Position numbers and translations under genes: made by a program. Positions 36,147 through 46,906 of a DNA stretch of 64,000 bases are shown here, in pieces (position 1 is the stretch's first letter; each line of letters begins with the position of its first letter). This DNA comes from an uncultured Candidatus Rokubacteria bacterium (GTDB taxonomy: Bacteria > Methylomirabilota > Methylomirabilia > Rokubacteriales > DASRDR01). Where the stretch lies: positions 288,001 to 352,000 of the forward strand of contig CAWGVS010000006.1 in NCBI GenBank assembly GCA_963826115.1. Reading direction: 5' to 3'. A model generated the notes under the pieces. That model was not told the DNA's origin. It did no database searches and saw only the letters and a list, made by a program, of their open reading frames with translations.

Positions 36147-37466
36147 ATGTCGGCGAGCCAGAGGCCGCGGATCGACCGGCGGTCGTTCGTGAAGGGGGCG
36201 GGCGTCGTGGCCGGCGTCTCCGCCCTCGGGTTCCCGGTGGTCCTGCGAGCGCAGGCGCCCACGGTCAAGCTGGGCGTGCTCCACACCGTGACGGGGCCGC
36301 TCGCCGAGCCCGGGCAAGCGTGTCGAATGGGAGCCCAGCTCGCGGCCGAGGCCATCAACCAGGCGGGGGGGATCAAGGCGCTCGGCGGGGCGAAGCTCGA
36401 CCTGGTGCTCGGGGACACGCAGTCGAGGCCCGAGGTCGCGCGGCAGGAAGGGGAGCGGCTGGTCAACGCCGGCGCCCAGATGCTCATGGGCACGTTCAGC
36501 TCGGGGGACACGAACGCCGTGGTGCCCGTCGCGCAGCAGCGGCGCGTGCCGTTCATCGTGGACATCTCGGCGGCCGACCCGATCACGGCGAACGTCGCCA
36601 AGTCCGTGAAGGAGGGCCAGCAGAAGGTCCAGTACGTCTACCGGGTCTTTCCCACCGGGGCGATGTTCGGCGAGCGCGCGGTGCAGTACATGGCCGAGAT
36701 CTTCAAGGAGGCCGGACTCTCGCCGAAGCGGGTCGTCCTTCTGTACGCCAACGACCTGTTCGGGCAGGTGCAGGCCAAGTCGTTCCAGGCGGCCCACAAG
36801 GCCGCGAACCCGGCATGGGACATCGTCGAGGTGATCCCGTGGCCCGAGCCGCCGGCCGACCTGTCGACCGAGGTCGCCAGGCTGAAGGCCGCCAAGCCCG
36901 ACATCATCGCCCCCGTCACCCGGCCGGCGAGCGCGCTCCTGCTGCTGCCGGAGATCGAGAAGCAGCGCGTGGAGGCCATGGGGATCATCTCGCCCGGCAG
37001 CCCCGGCCTGTACGAGGCCGGGCAGATCGCCAAGCTCAAGGATCAGCTCGAGTTCGTCATGGACAACCTGCCCTGGCCGAACTTCAAGAACCCGAGGACG
37101 CGGCAGGTCGCCGAGGAGTACGCCAAGCGGACGGTCGACGCGACGAATCCGAAGGGGAAGACGTTCGACACGAACTCGGTGTTCTCCTACGACGGCATGC
37201 TGCTGATCGCCGACGTGCTGGAGCGCGCCGGGCGCGACGGCCTCCGGCTGGACAAGTGGGACGCCGACGCCGTCGTGGCGTCCATCAAGAAGAGCCAGTT
37301 CGTGGGCGGCCTGGCGGTGACTGCCGGCCCGATCGCGTTCAACGAGACCGGCGACAATCAGAACGCCGCCACCGCCATGATCCAGATCCTCGGCCAGAAG
37401 CCGGTGGTGGTCTGGCCGAGGGAAGCGGCCGAGCAGAAGCTCGTCCTCCCGCGACCCAAGCGGTGA
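36147..37466 (+). CDS. Branched-chain amino acid ABC substrate-binding protein (LivK-like, Tat)
   Basis: Tat 'DRRSFVK'; 'TGPLAEPG...AAEAINQAGGI'; upstream of livHMGF. Confidence 0.88.
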   Translation: MSASQRPRIDRRSFVKGAGVVAGVSALGFPVVLRAQAPTVKLGVLHTVTGPLAEPGQACRMGAQLAAEAINQAGGIKALGGAKLDLVLGDTQSRPEVARQEGERLVNAGAQMLMGTFSSGDTNAVVPVAQQRRVPFIVDISAADPITANVAKSVKEGQQKVQYVYRVFPTGAMFGERAVQYMAEIFKEAGLSPKRVVLLYANDLFGQVQAKSFQAAHKAANPAWDIVEVIPWPEPPADLSTEVARLKAAKPDIIAPVTRPASALLLLPEIEKQRVEAMGIISPGSPGLYEAGQIAKLKDQLEFVMDNLPWPNFKNPRTRQVAEEYAKRTVDATNPKGKTFDTNSVFSYDGMLLIADVLERAGRDGLRLDKWDADAVVASIKKSQFVGGLAVTAGPIAFNETGDNQNAATAMIQILGQKPVVVWPREAAEQKLVLPRPKR

Positions 37467-37602
37467 CCAGGCGCGCGTGAAGGCCGACCGCGTGGCCGAC
37501 GGCATGGTCCGGAGCCGGCGCCCGGATCGGGCGGATCCCGTCAGGCGCGGCTGATCCGCCGCACTCGCGGGATCCGCTCGCGATCGGTTCCTTCCTCTCG
37601 AG

Positions 37603-38481
37603 ATGCACTCGATGGACCCCACGCTGATCGCCCAGAGCTTGATCAGCGGCATCCTGTTCGGCGGGGTCTACAGCCTCATGGCCGTCGGGCTCACCCTCAT
37701 CTTCGGGGTGATGCGGGTGGTCAACTTCGCCCACGGCGACATGATGGTCTGGGGGATGTACCTCGCATGGCTCCTCGCCACGCGGCTGGGGATCGATCCC
37801 ACGCTCGGGTTCGCCGCGTGCGCGGCGGCGCTGTTCGCCCTGGGGGTGCTCGTGCAGCGGGGTCTCGTGGACCGGATCATGGACGCGCCCCACGAGATGC
37901 AGATCCTCCTGCTGCTCGGCGTCGCGCTGGTGCTCGAGAACACGGCGCTGGTGCTGTTCGGGCCGGACCCGCAGCGCGTGCCCTCGGCGCTGAGCCGCGT
38001 CACGTTCTGGCTTGGCCCGGTGTTCGTCGACGCGGCGCGCCTCGCCGCGTTCGGGGTGGCGCTCGTGCTCACGGGCGCCCTGTGGCTCTTCCTCCACCGG
38101 ACGGACCTCGGGCGCACGATGCGGGCGACCGCCGACAACCCGTACGGCGCCCGCGTGGTCGGGACGGACGTCCGGCGCGTCTACGCCGCGGCGTTCGGCG
38201 TGGGCGCGGCGTGCGTCGGCGCCGCGGGCGCGCTCGTCGCGCCGATCCTGCCGTTTTCGCCCTCGTCGGGCCTGTCGGCGTCGGTCACGTCGTTCAACAT
38301 CGTCATCATCGGAGGAATGGGCAGCCTGCCCGGCGCCTTCGCCGGAGGCGTCCTCCTGTCGGTGGCCGAGTCGCTCGGGGCGGTCTTCCTGTCACCGTCG
38401 ATGAAGGAGCTGGTCAGCTTCGGCCTGCTGATCGCCATCCTGCTGTTCCGGCCCGCCGGCCTGTTCGGACGCCGCGCGTGA
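37603..38481 (+). CDS. livH: Branched-chain amino acid ABC permease LivH
   Basis: 'GLTLIFGVMRVVNFAHG', 'GRTMRA', 'IIGGMGS' (alternative start 37612). Confidence 0.9.
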   Translation: MHSMDPTLIAQSLISGILFGGVYSLMAVGLTLIFGVMRVVNFAHGDMMVWGMYLAWLLATRLGIDPTLGFAACAAALFALGVLVQRGLVDRIMDAPHEMQILLLLGVALVLENTALVLFGPDPQRVPSALSRVTFWLGPVFVDAARLAAFGVALVLTGALWLFLHRTDLGRTMRATADNPYGARVVGTDVRRVYAAAFGVGAACVGAAGALVAPILPFSPSSGLSASVTSFNIVIIGGMGSLPGAFAGGVLLSVAESLGAVFLSPSMKELVSFGLLIAILLFRPAGLFGRRA

Positions 38482-38509
38482 CCACGCCGGACCCGTCGCG
38501 GAGCGCGCC

Positions 38510-39487
38510 GTGCCGCCGGTGACGCGGAGCGCGCTACTCCTGGGCGGCGCGGTCATCGCGGTGCTCCTGGCCTTGCCGGCCGTGCTGAGCTCCTACGCCG
38601 TGACGGTGTTCATCTTCATCTTTCTCTACGGGTACCTGGGACAGGCCTGGAACATCCTGGGCGGCTACGGGGGCCAGCTCTCCGCCGGCCACGCCGCATT
38701 CGTCGGGGTGGGCGCGTACGCGACCACGCTGCTCTCGATGCATTGGGGGCTGTCGCCGTGGATCGGGATGCCGATCGGCGGGCTCGTCGCCGCCGGGCTG
38801 GGCGCGGTCATCGGCGGCCTGGGCTTCCGCTTCGGGCTGCGCGGCTTCTACTTCGTCCTCCTGACGGTGGCCTTCGCCGAGGTGTGCCGGATCGTCGCCC
38901 TCAACACGGACGCCATGGGCGGCGCCCTGGGCCTGTACATCACCTTCACCGGCAACCCCTGGCAGCTCCAGTTCCAGGACAATCGTGCGTACTACTACCT
39001 GGCCCTGGCGCTCGTGCTGGTGGCGACAGGCGTGGTGGCGCTGGTGGAGCGGAGCCGCCTGGGCGCGTATCTGCTGGCCATCCGGGAGGACGAGGACGCC
39101 GCGGAGGCGCTGGGCGTCGACACCTTCCGTTACAAGCTCTGCGCGATCGTCCTCTCGGCGTTCCTGACCGGGGTGGGCGGCGCCTTCTACGCGAACTACC
39201 TCTTCTCGCTCCAGCCCAATGCCGTCTTCGGCATCCCGCTCTCCGTCGACATCATCATTCGACCCATCGTGGGCGGCGCGGGCACGCTTCTCGGCCCCCT
39301 GGTGGGCTCGCTGATCCTCTCGCCCCTCGCCGAGCTCGCGCGCATCTACTTTTCGCGGCCCGGATGGACCGGGCTCCACCTCGTCGTGTACGGGGCGCTG
39401 CTGATCGGCGTCGTGCTCTTCCTCCCGCAGGGCGCCTATCCCTTCGTGCGCCGCCTGTGGGCGCGGCGTCGGCCGGAGGGCGCCTGA
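38510..39487 (+). CDS. livM: Branched-chain amino acid ABC permease LivM
   Basis: 'WNILGGYGGQLSAGHAAF', 'AIREDEDAAEALG', 'VGGAGTLLGP'. Confidence 0.9.
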   Translation: MPPVTRSALLLGGAVIAVLLALPAVLSSYAVTVFIFIFLYGYLGQAWNILGGYGGQLSAGHAAFVGVGAYATTLLSMHWGLSPWIGMPIGGLVAAGLGAVIGGLGFRFGLRGFYFVLLTVAFAEVCRIVALNTDAMGGALGLYITFTGNPWQLQFQDNRAYYYLALALVLVATGVVALVERSRLGAYLLAIREDEDAAEALGVDTFRYKLCAIVLSAFLTGVGGAFYANYLFSLQPNAVFGIPLSVDIIIRPIVGGAGTLLGPLVGSLILSPLAELARIYFSRPGWTGLHLVVYGALLIGVVLFLPQGAYPFVRRLWARRRPEGA

Positions 39488-39488
39488 C

Positions 39489-40227
39489 GTGCCCCTCCTC
39501 GAGGTGATCGGGGTTGCCAAGCGGTTCGGGGGCCTCCAAGCCGTCGCCGGCGTGAGCTTCGACGTCGCCCCGGGGGAGATCGTCGGCCTGATCGGGCCGA
39601 ACGGCGCGGGCAAGACGACCCTGTTCCACCTCGTCTCCGGCTTCGTCGCGCCGGACCGCGGCGACGTTCGGCTCGACGGCGCGTCGACGCTGGGCCTCAA
39701 GCCGCACGAAGTCTGCCGGCGCGGGCTCGCCCGGACCTTCCAGATCGTGAGGCCGTTCCCGGGGCTCACCGTGCTGGAGAACGTCCGCGTGGGCGCGCTG
39801 GCGCGCGCGCGCAGCTTCGCCGAGGCGGGCCGGAAGGCGCGCGAGATCGTCGCGTTGGTGGGACTCGAGGACCGGTCGGGCCGGCCGGCCCGTGGGCTCA
39901 CGCTGGCGGACCGCAAGCGGCTGGAGCTGGCACGCGCCATGGCGACGGAGCCGAAGCTCCTGCTGCTGGACGAGGTCATGGCCGGCCTGACGCCGACCGA
40001 GACGGAGCGAATCATCGAGCTCTGCCGCGTCATCAACGCGCGCGGAATCGCCATCCTTCTGATCGAGCACGTCATGCGCGCCGTGATGACCCTCTCCCGG
40101 CGGATCGTCGTCCTGAGCCAGGGGCAGGTGATCGCGGCCGGGCCGCCGGGTGAGATCGCGCGCGATCCGCGCGTCGTGGAGGCGTACCTGGGCGAGGTGT
40201 ACGACGATGCGGGAGGCGAGGACGGTC

Positions 40228-40241
<14 letters not shown>
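39489..40241 (+). CDS. livG: ABC ATP-binding protein LivG
   Basis: 'GPNGAGKTT', 'ARTFQ', 'LLLDEVMAG', 'LIEH', 'VVEAYLG'. Confidence 0.92.
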
Positions 40242-40928
<687 letters not shown>

Positions 40929-40932
<4 letters not shown>

Positions 40933-43900
40933 CCGTGAGCTCGCGCGGGGCCGACGCTCAGCCGGCGCAGTCCGCCACCGCCGCCCAGCGGGCGCTCCTC
41001 GAGCTCGCCGGCGCCGCCGGTCCGGGGGCGAACCTCGCCGAAGTGCTCGAGCGCGTGGCCCGCGCGGCGGCCACGCTGGTCCCGGGCTCGCTGGTCCACA
41101 TCTGGCTCGCGGGTGACGACCAGCGGGAGCTCCGGCTCGTCACGGAGCTCGGCGGGCGCCCGGAGCGTCCCGGCGCGGAGCTCCGGCGCGTCTTGCCGAT
41201 GGGCGAGGGTCTGCTGGGCGCGGTCGTCCGGAGCGCGGAGCCCGTCGTGGTGCCGGCCTTCTCCGCCGACGCACGCATCGTCAACCCGGCGTGGGCCCGC
41301 GCCCAGGGCATCGCGTCGCTCGCCGCCGTCCGGCTCGCGCGGGGCGAGCGGACGCTCGGCGCGCTTTGCGTCCTGACGTGGCAGCCGCACGAGTTCACGC
41401 CGCTGGAGGTGGACTTCCTCCGCTCGTTCGGGGCGCACGCGGCGGTGGCCATCGAGGGCGCGGCGCTCCTGGAGGTCGCCTCGAGCCGCCTCCGACGGCT
41501 CGAGACGCTGCGCGAGATCGAGGGCGAGATCTCCGGCCAGCGTGACCTGGACGCCCTCGTCGCGACGATCAGCCGCCGCGCGGCGGAGCTCCTGGACGCC
41601 GACACCGGCGGCGTCTACCTGCTGGACGAGACCGGACCGGTGCTACGTCCGCACGCGGCGTTCAACTGGCCCACCTGGATGCAAGGCGTCGCCATCGCGG
41701 TCGGCGAGGGTGCGATCGGGGTGACCGCCGCGCGCGGCCAGGGGATGATCGTCAACGACTTCGCGCGGTCGCCGCTGGCGCTGCCGCGCTTCCGCGACGT
41801 CCACCGCGCGCTCGTGACCCATCCGCTGGTGGCCGGCCGCACCCTCCGGGGCGTCATCGTGGTGACGCGGGACGTCTCCCCGCGCCCGTTCGCTCCGGCG
41901 GACCTCGCGACCCTCGGGGACTTCGCCGTCCAGGCGTCGATTGCGCTCGAGAACGCCCGCCTGCTGCGCCTCGCGTCGGCGCGTGCCGAGCGGGTGAAGG
42001 TCGCGGCCCAAGTGGGGCAGCTGCTCGCGTCCACGCGAGACGCCGACCGGATTCTCGACCTCATCGCCGAGAAGTGCCGGGAGATCCTGGGCGCCGAAGC
42101 GTTCGGCCTCTTCCGGCTCGAAGGCGACCATCTGCGATTCGTCCGCGGCTTCGGGCTGAGCGAGCGATTCCACGAGATCGCCCTCGGCGAGGGCGTGGTG
42201 GGGCGGGCGGCCCGGGACCGCCGCACCATGGAGACGCCGGACATCCTGCAGGACCCGACGGTGGAGCTCATGCCGGAGACGCGAGCCCGGATCGAGTCGC
42301 TCGATCTCCGCGCGGTCGCGGCGGTGCCGCTCCTGGCCACCGACCGGGTGCTCGGCGTGATCGCGATCTACCACCGCGTCGGGTTCCGCCTGCCGGCCGA
42401 GGACGGCGAGTTCCTGGAGACCCTGGCCGCGCACGCCGCGCTGGCGCTCGAGAACGCGCGCCTGTTCGCCGAGACCCGCCGCCGCCAGGAGACGGCCGAG
42501 GCGCTCGCGAGCATGACGCAGACGCTGACCGCCTCGCTCGACCTCCGCACGGTCCTGTCTCGGGTCGCGGACGTGGTCCGCGAGCTGTTCGCGGCCGACG
42601 GGGGCGCGATCGGGCTCCTCACCCGTCGCGGCACGATGCGCGTCGCCGCCCGAGTCGGGCTCGGGGCAGACGCGCTCCGGAGCCTGGCCGTGCCGCCGGG
42701 GCAGGGGGTGACGGGCTGGGTGCTCCGGCACGGACAGCCGTTCCACACGACCGATTACGGCCGCGACCCGCGGATCGCGGGTGCCCGCATCCCGGAGATC
42801 GAGGAGGCCGGGATCCGGAGCTTTCTGGCGGTGCCCGTCCGGCTGCAGGACGAGGTGGTGGGCATCCTCTACGGCTTCTGGAGCCAATCCGCGCCACTCA
42901 CGGACGAGCACATGAGCCTGGCGACCGACCTCGCCCGAGTGGTCGCCGTCGCCGTGGCGAACGCGCGGCTCTACCAGGAAGCTCGGGACCGCGAGGCGGA
43001 GGCGCGCGCCCTCTTCGAGGTCGGCCGGCTGATCAGCTCCACCCTCGATCCCGACCGCGTGTTCGACCGCATCGTCGAGCGCGTGCTCGAGCTCATGCGG
43101 GTCCGCGCGTGCGGGATCTTCCGCCTCGACCCGGACGGCCTGCTCCGCTACGCGCGCGGGGCCGGCCTGTCGCCGGAGTTCATGCGTGAGATGGCCGTCC
43201 CGATCGGCGAGGGGCCGTCAGCCCAGTCCGTCGCCGAGCGCCGGCCCGTGTGGACCGCCGACCTGGCGGAAGCCGAGACGCGGGTGCGGAGCCGCGCCCT
43301 GCGCGAGCTGGTCGATCGCGAGGGGTACCGGGCCGTCCTCTCCGTGCCCATCCTCACGCAGGGCGCGCCGTTCGGCTGCCTCGCGACCTACTGGTGGGAG
43401 CGCCACGAGCCGACCCCAGGGGAGATCCAGACTCTCACCTCGCTGGCGACGCTCGCCGCGGTCGCGATCGAGAACGCGCGCCTTTACGACGCGACCCGCC
43501 GTCAGGTGGACCGGCTGGAGCAGCTCAACCGCGTCAATCGAGCGGTGTCGGCGTCGCTTCGGCTCGACGACGTCCTGGACGAGATCACGCGGGCGGCCGG
43601 GACGCTGAGCGACGCGCCTCTGGCGACCGTCTGGCTGGCCGACGAGGCCGAGCGCGCCCTGTTTCGCCGAGCGTTCCACGGCGTTCCGGAGATGCGCGGG
43701 CAGCTTCCCGACCGCCTGGCGTTTGGTCAGGGTGGCGTGGGGATCGTTGCGGATCGCCGGGAGGCCCTGATCAACGTCGTCGTGGACGGGAATCCCGCGA
43801 TCGTCGGTCGCGAAGTGCTCCTGGCGAACGGGGTCCGGACGTTCAGCGGGTTCCCGGTGGTGCTCGGCGAGCGCTTGCTGGGCGTGCTCGCGGTCAGCGG

Positions 43901-45170
43901 CCGCGAGGGACGGCCTCTCGACGAGGCGGATGAGGTGGTGCTGCGGGCGCTCGTCGGCCAGGCGGCGGTGGCGATCCAGAACGCGAGGCTCTACGAGGAG
44001 GCGCGCGCCCACGAAGTCGAGGCGCGGCGGACGCTCGACGAGCTCCGGCGCACCCAGGAGCAGCTCGTGCGCATGGAGAAGCTCCGGGCGCTGGGCGAGA
44101 TGGCCTCCGGCGTGGCCCACGACTTCAACAACGTCCTGGCGGTGATCCTCGGTCGGGTGCAGCTCCTCCAGCGGAAGCTCGAGGACCCGACGTTCCGCCG
44201 GTGGCTCGCGATCGTGGAGCAGGCCGCGCTCGACGGGGCCCAGACCGTGCGCCAGATCCAGGAGTTCACGCGCGTTCGCCGCGACCAGCCGACGCAGACC
44301 GTTGACCTGAACCAGGCGGTCCGCGACGCGGTGGAGATGACGCGCGCGCGGTGGCAGGAAGACCCCCAGTCCCGGGGCGTGGAGGTTCGCCTCGCGCTGG
44401 ACCTCGGCGCCGTCCCGCCGGTGGACGGGCAGCCCTCGGAGCTCCGCGAGGTCTTCACGAACCTGATCCTGAACGCGGCGGACGCGGTCCCGCGCGGGGG
44501 CCAGATCCAGATCGCGACGCGGGAGCGCGGCGGCCGCGTGGAGATGACCGTCACCGACACCGGGATCGGGATGTCCGACTCCGTGCGGCGGCGGATCTTC
44601 GAGCCCTTCTTCTCGACCAAGGGCCCGCGCGGCACCGGCCTCGGCCTCGCCATGGTCTACGGCATCGTCTCCCGGCACGGTGGCGAGATCCTCGTCGACA
44701 CGAAGGAGGGCGCGGGCTCCACGTTCACCATCCGGCTCCCGGTGGGGCGGCCCCCGCTGCCCGCCCCGGTGGCGCGGGTCCCGCTGTCGGGCGCGGACTC
44801 GGTGCGCGTGCTGGTCATCGACGACGAGCCGTTCGTCCGCGACACGCTCGGGGAGATCCTGCGCCAGCAGCACCATGACGTCGTCGTCGCCGACGACGGC
44901 GCCTCGGGCCTGGCGCGCTTCCGGGAGGGGGCCTTCGACCTCGTGATGACCGACCTCGCCATGCCCGGGATGTCCGGCTGGCAGGTGGCGCAGGCCGTGA
45001 AGGCGGCGCGGCCCCAGGTGCCCGTCGTCCTGGTCACCGGCTGGGGCGTCGAGGTCCAGGCCGACGAGCTCCAGACGCACGGGGTCGATCGCGTGATGAC
45101 CAAGCCCTTCCGGTACGAGGACGTCGAGGAAGTGGTCGCCAGCATCCGGGGCGCCGGCGGATCGGAATAG
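40929..45170 (+). CDS. Cytoplasmic hybrid histidine kinase with six tandem GAF domains + HisKA + HATPase + REC
   Basis: Six repeats ending AIEGAALL/ALENARLL/ALENARLF/AVANARLY/AIENARLY/AIQNARLY; 'GVAHDFNN'; 'FEPFFSTKG.RGTGLGL'; 'TDLAMPGMSG...KPF'. Confidence 0.93.
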
Positions 45171-45183
45171 GAGACAAGAGATC

Positions 45184-46257
45184 ATGACCAGTCCCGTCAT
45201 CGTGGAAGCCATCCGCACGCTGGTGGAGCGGCGCGACCTCACGCGGCTGGAGGCGGCGGCGGCCATGGAGGCCCTCATGTCCGGGGCGGCCACCTCCGTC
45301 CAGGTCGCCGCCTTCCTGACCGCGCTCCGCATGAAGGGAGAGACCGTCGAGGAGCTGATCGGTCTCGCGGAGGTCATGCGGCTCAAGGCCGTGCGGGTGC
45401 GGACACGCGGCGACGTCGGGACCGCGCTCGCCGGCACCGACCGCGAGATGCTCATCGACACCGCGGGCACCGGCGGCGACGCGTCGGGGACCTTCAACGT
45501 CTCCACCGCCACCGCGTTCGTCGTGGCGGGCGCGGGCCTCAAGGTCGCCAAGCACGGGAACCGGTCGGTCTCGAGCCTCTGCGGCTCCGCCGACGTGGTG
45601 GAGACGCTGGGGGTGAGCCTTGACCTCACCCCGGCCAAGGTCGCTCAGTGCATCGACCAGGTCGGGATCGGGTTCCTCTACGCGCCGCTTCTCCACACCG
45701 CCATGAAGCACGTCATGCCCGCCCGGCGGGAGATGGGCATCCGCACGGTGTTCAACATCCTCGGGCCCCTGACGAACCCGGCGGGCGCCAACGCGCAGGT
45801 GATCGGCGTCTACGGCCGGTCGCTCGTCGAGCCCCTGGCGCGCGTCCTCGCCGAGCTCGGGACGATCCGGGCCTTCGTCGTCCACGGTGCCGACGGCCTC
45901 GACGAGATCTCCACGACCGGCGACAGCTGGGCGGCGGAGGTGCGCGAGGGCGTGGTCCGCACGGGGCCGGTCCGTCCCGAGGACTTCGGAGTGCCGAGGG
46001 CCACGATCGCCGACCTCCGGGGCGGAGACCGGGAGGAGAACGCGGAGATCATCCGCCGGATCCTCGGCGGCGAGCCGGGGCCGCGGCGCGACATCGTGGT
46101 CGTGAACGCCGGCGCCGCGCTCGTGGCCGGCGCCCGCGCGCGGGACTTCAAGGAGGGGGCGCAGGTCGCGGCCCACGCGATCGACAGCGGCGCGGCGCGC
46201 GGCAAGCTCGAGGCCCTGGTCCGGCTCTCGCACGAGCTCGCCGGGGAGAAGAGCTAG
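45184..46257 (+). CDS. trpD: Anthranilate phosphoribosyltransferase
   Basis: 'GTGGD..GTFNVST', 'KHGNRSVSS..GSAD', 'RTVFNILGPLTNP', 'DGLDEIS'. Confidence 0.96.
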   Translation: MTSPVIVEAIRTLVERRDLTRLEAAAAMEALMSGAATSVQVAAFLTALRMKGETVEELIGLAEVMRLKAVRVRTRGDVGTALAGTDREMLIDTAGTGGDASGTFNVSTATAFVVAGAGLKVAKHGNRSVSSLCGSADVVETLGVSLDLTPAKVAQCIDQVGIGFLYAPLLHTAMKHVMPARREMGIRTVFNILGPLTNPAGANAQVIGVYGRSLVEPLARVLAELGTIRAFVVHGADGLDEISTTGDSWAAEVREGVVRTGPVRPEDFGVPRATIADLRGGDREENAEIIRRILGGEPGPRRDIVVVNAGAALVAGARARDFKEGAQVAAHAIDSGAARGKLEALVRLSHELAGEKS

Positions 46258-46264
46258 GGTCGGG

Positions 46265-46897
46265 ATGGAGACCGCGGGGCCGATCGGCGCCGCGCTCGGC
46301 CTGGCCGTCGCCTCCGGGCTCTCGCTCTACGGCGCGGTCTTCGTCTCCGGCCTCGCGATCCGGCTGGGGTGGATCCACCTGGATCCGACGTGGGCGTCGC
46401 TCTCCGTGCTTGCGGACCCCGTGGTGCTTGGCGTGTCGGGCGTCCTGCTCGCGATCGAATTCCTGGCGGACAAGATCCTGGTGGTCGACTCCCTGTGGGA
46501 CGCCGTCCACACGGTGATCCGGCCGGTGGGCGGCGCGCTCCTCGCCAGCCGCGCGCTCGGCGAGCTGTCGCCGGCCGCCGAGGTGCTCGCGCTCCTCCTG
46601 CTGGGCGGGGCGACGCTCGCGACCCACGCGGCGAAGGCGTCCACGCGGCTCGTCGTGAACGCGAGCCCCGAGCCGGTCTCCAACGTGATCATCAGCCTCG
46701 CCGAGAACGGTCTGGTGGTAGGGGCGGTCTGGATGGCCCTGGCGCACCCGCTGCTCGCGCTGGGGGTCGGCGTCGTCGCCGTCGCCGCCGCCGTGACGCT
46801 GACGGTGTGGCTTGCCCGCCGCGTCGTCGGGGCCATCGGCCGGCTGGCCGGGCGCCCGGGTGCGCGCCCGCCCCGCGACGTCGCCGGCGCGACTTGA
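46265..46897 (+). CDS. DUF4126-type membrane protein
   Basis: 'ASGLSLY', 'EFLADKI..VDSLWDAVHTVIRP.GGA', 'SPEPVSN...SLAE'. Confidence 0.8.
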   Translation: METAGPIGAALGLAVASGLSLYGAVFVSGLAIRLGWIHLDPTWASLSVLADPVVLGVSGVLLAIEFLADKILVVDSLWDAVHTVIRPVGGALLASRALGELSPAAEVLALLLLGGATLATHAAKASTRLVVNASPEPVSNVIISLAENGLVVGAVWMALAHPLLALGVGVVAVAAAVTLTVWLARRVVGAIGRLAGRPGARPPRDVAGAT

Positions 46898-46906
46898 CGG
46901 CGCCGG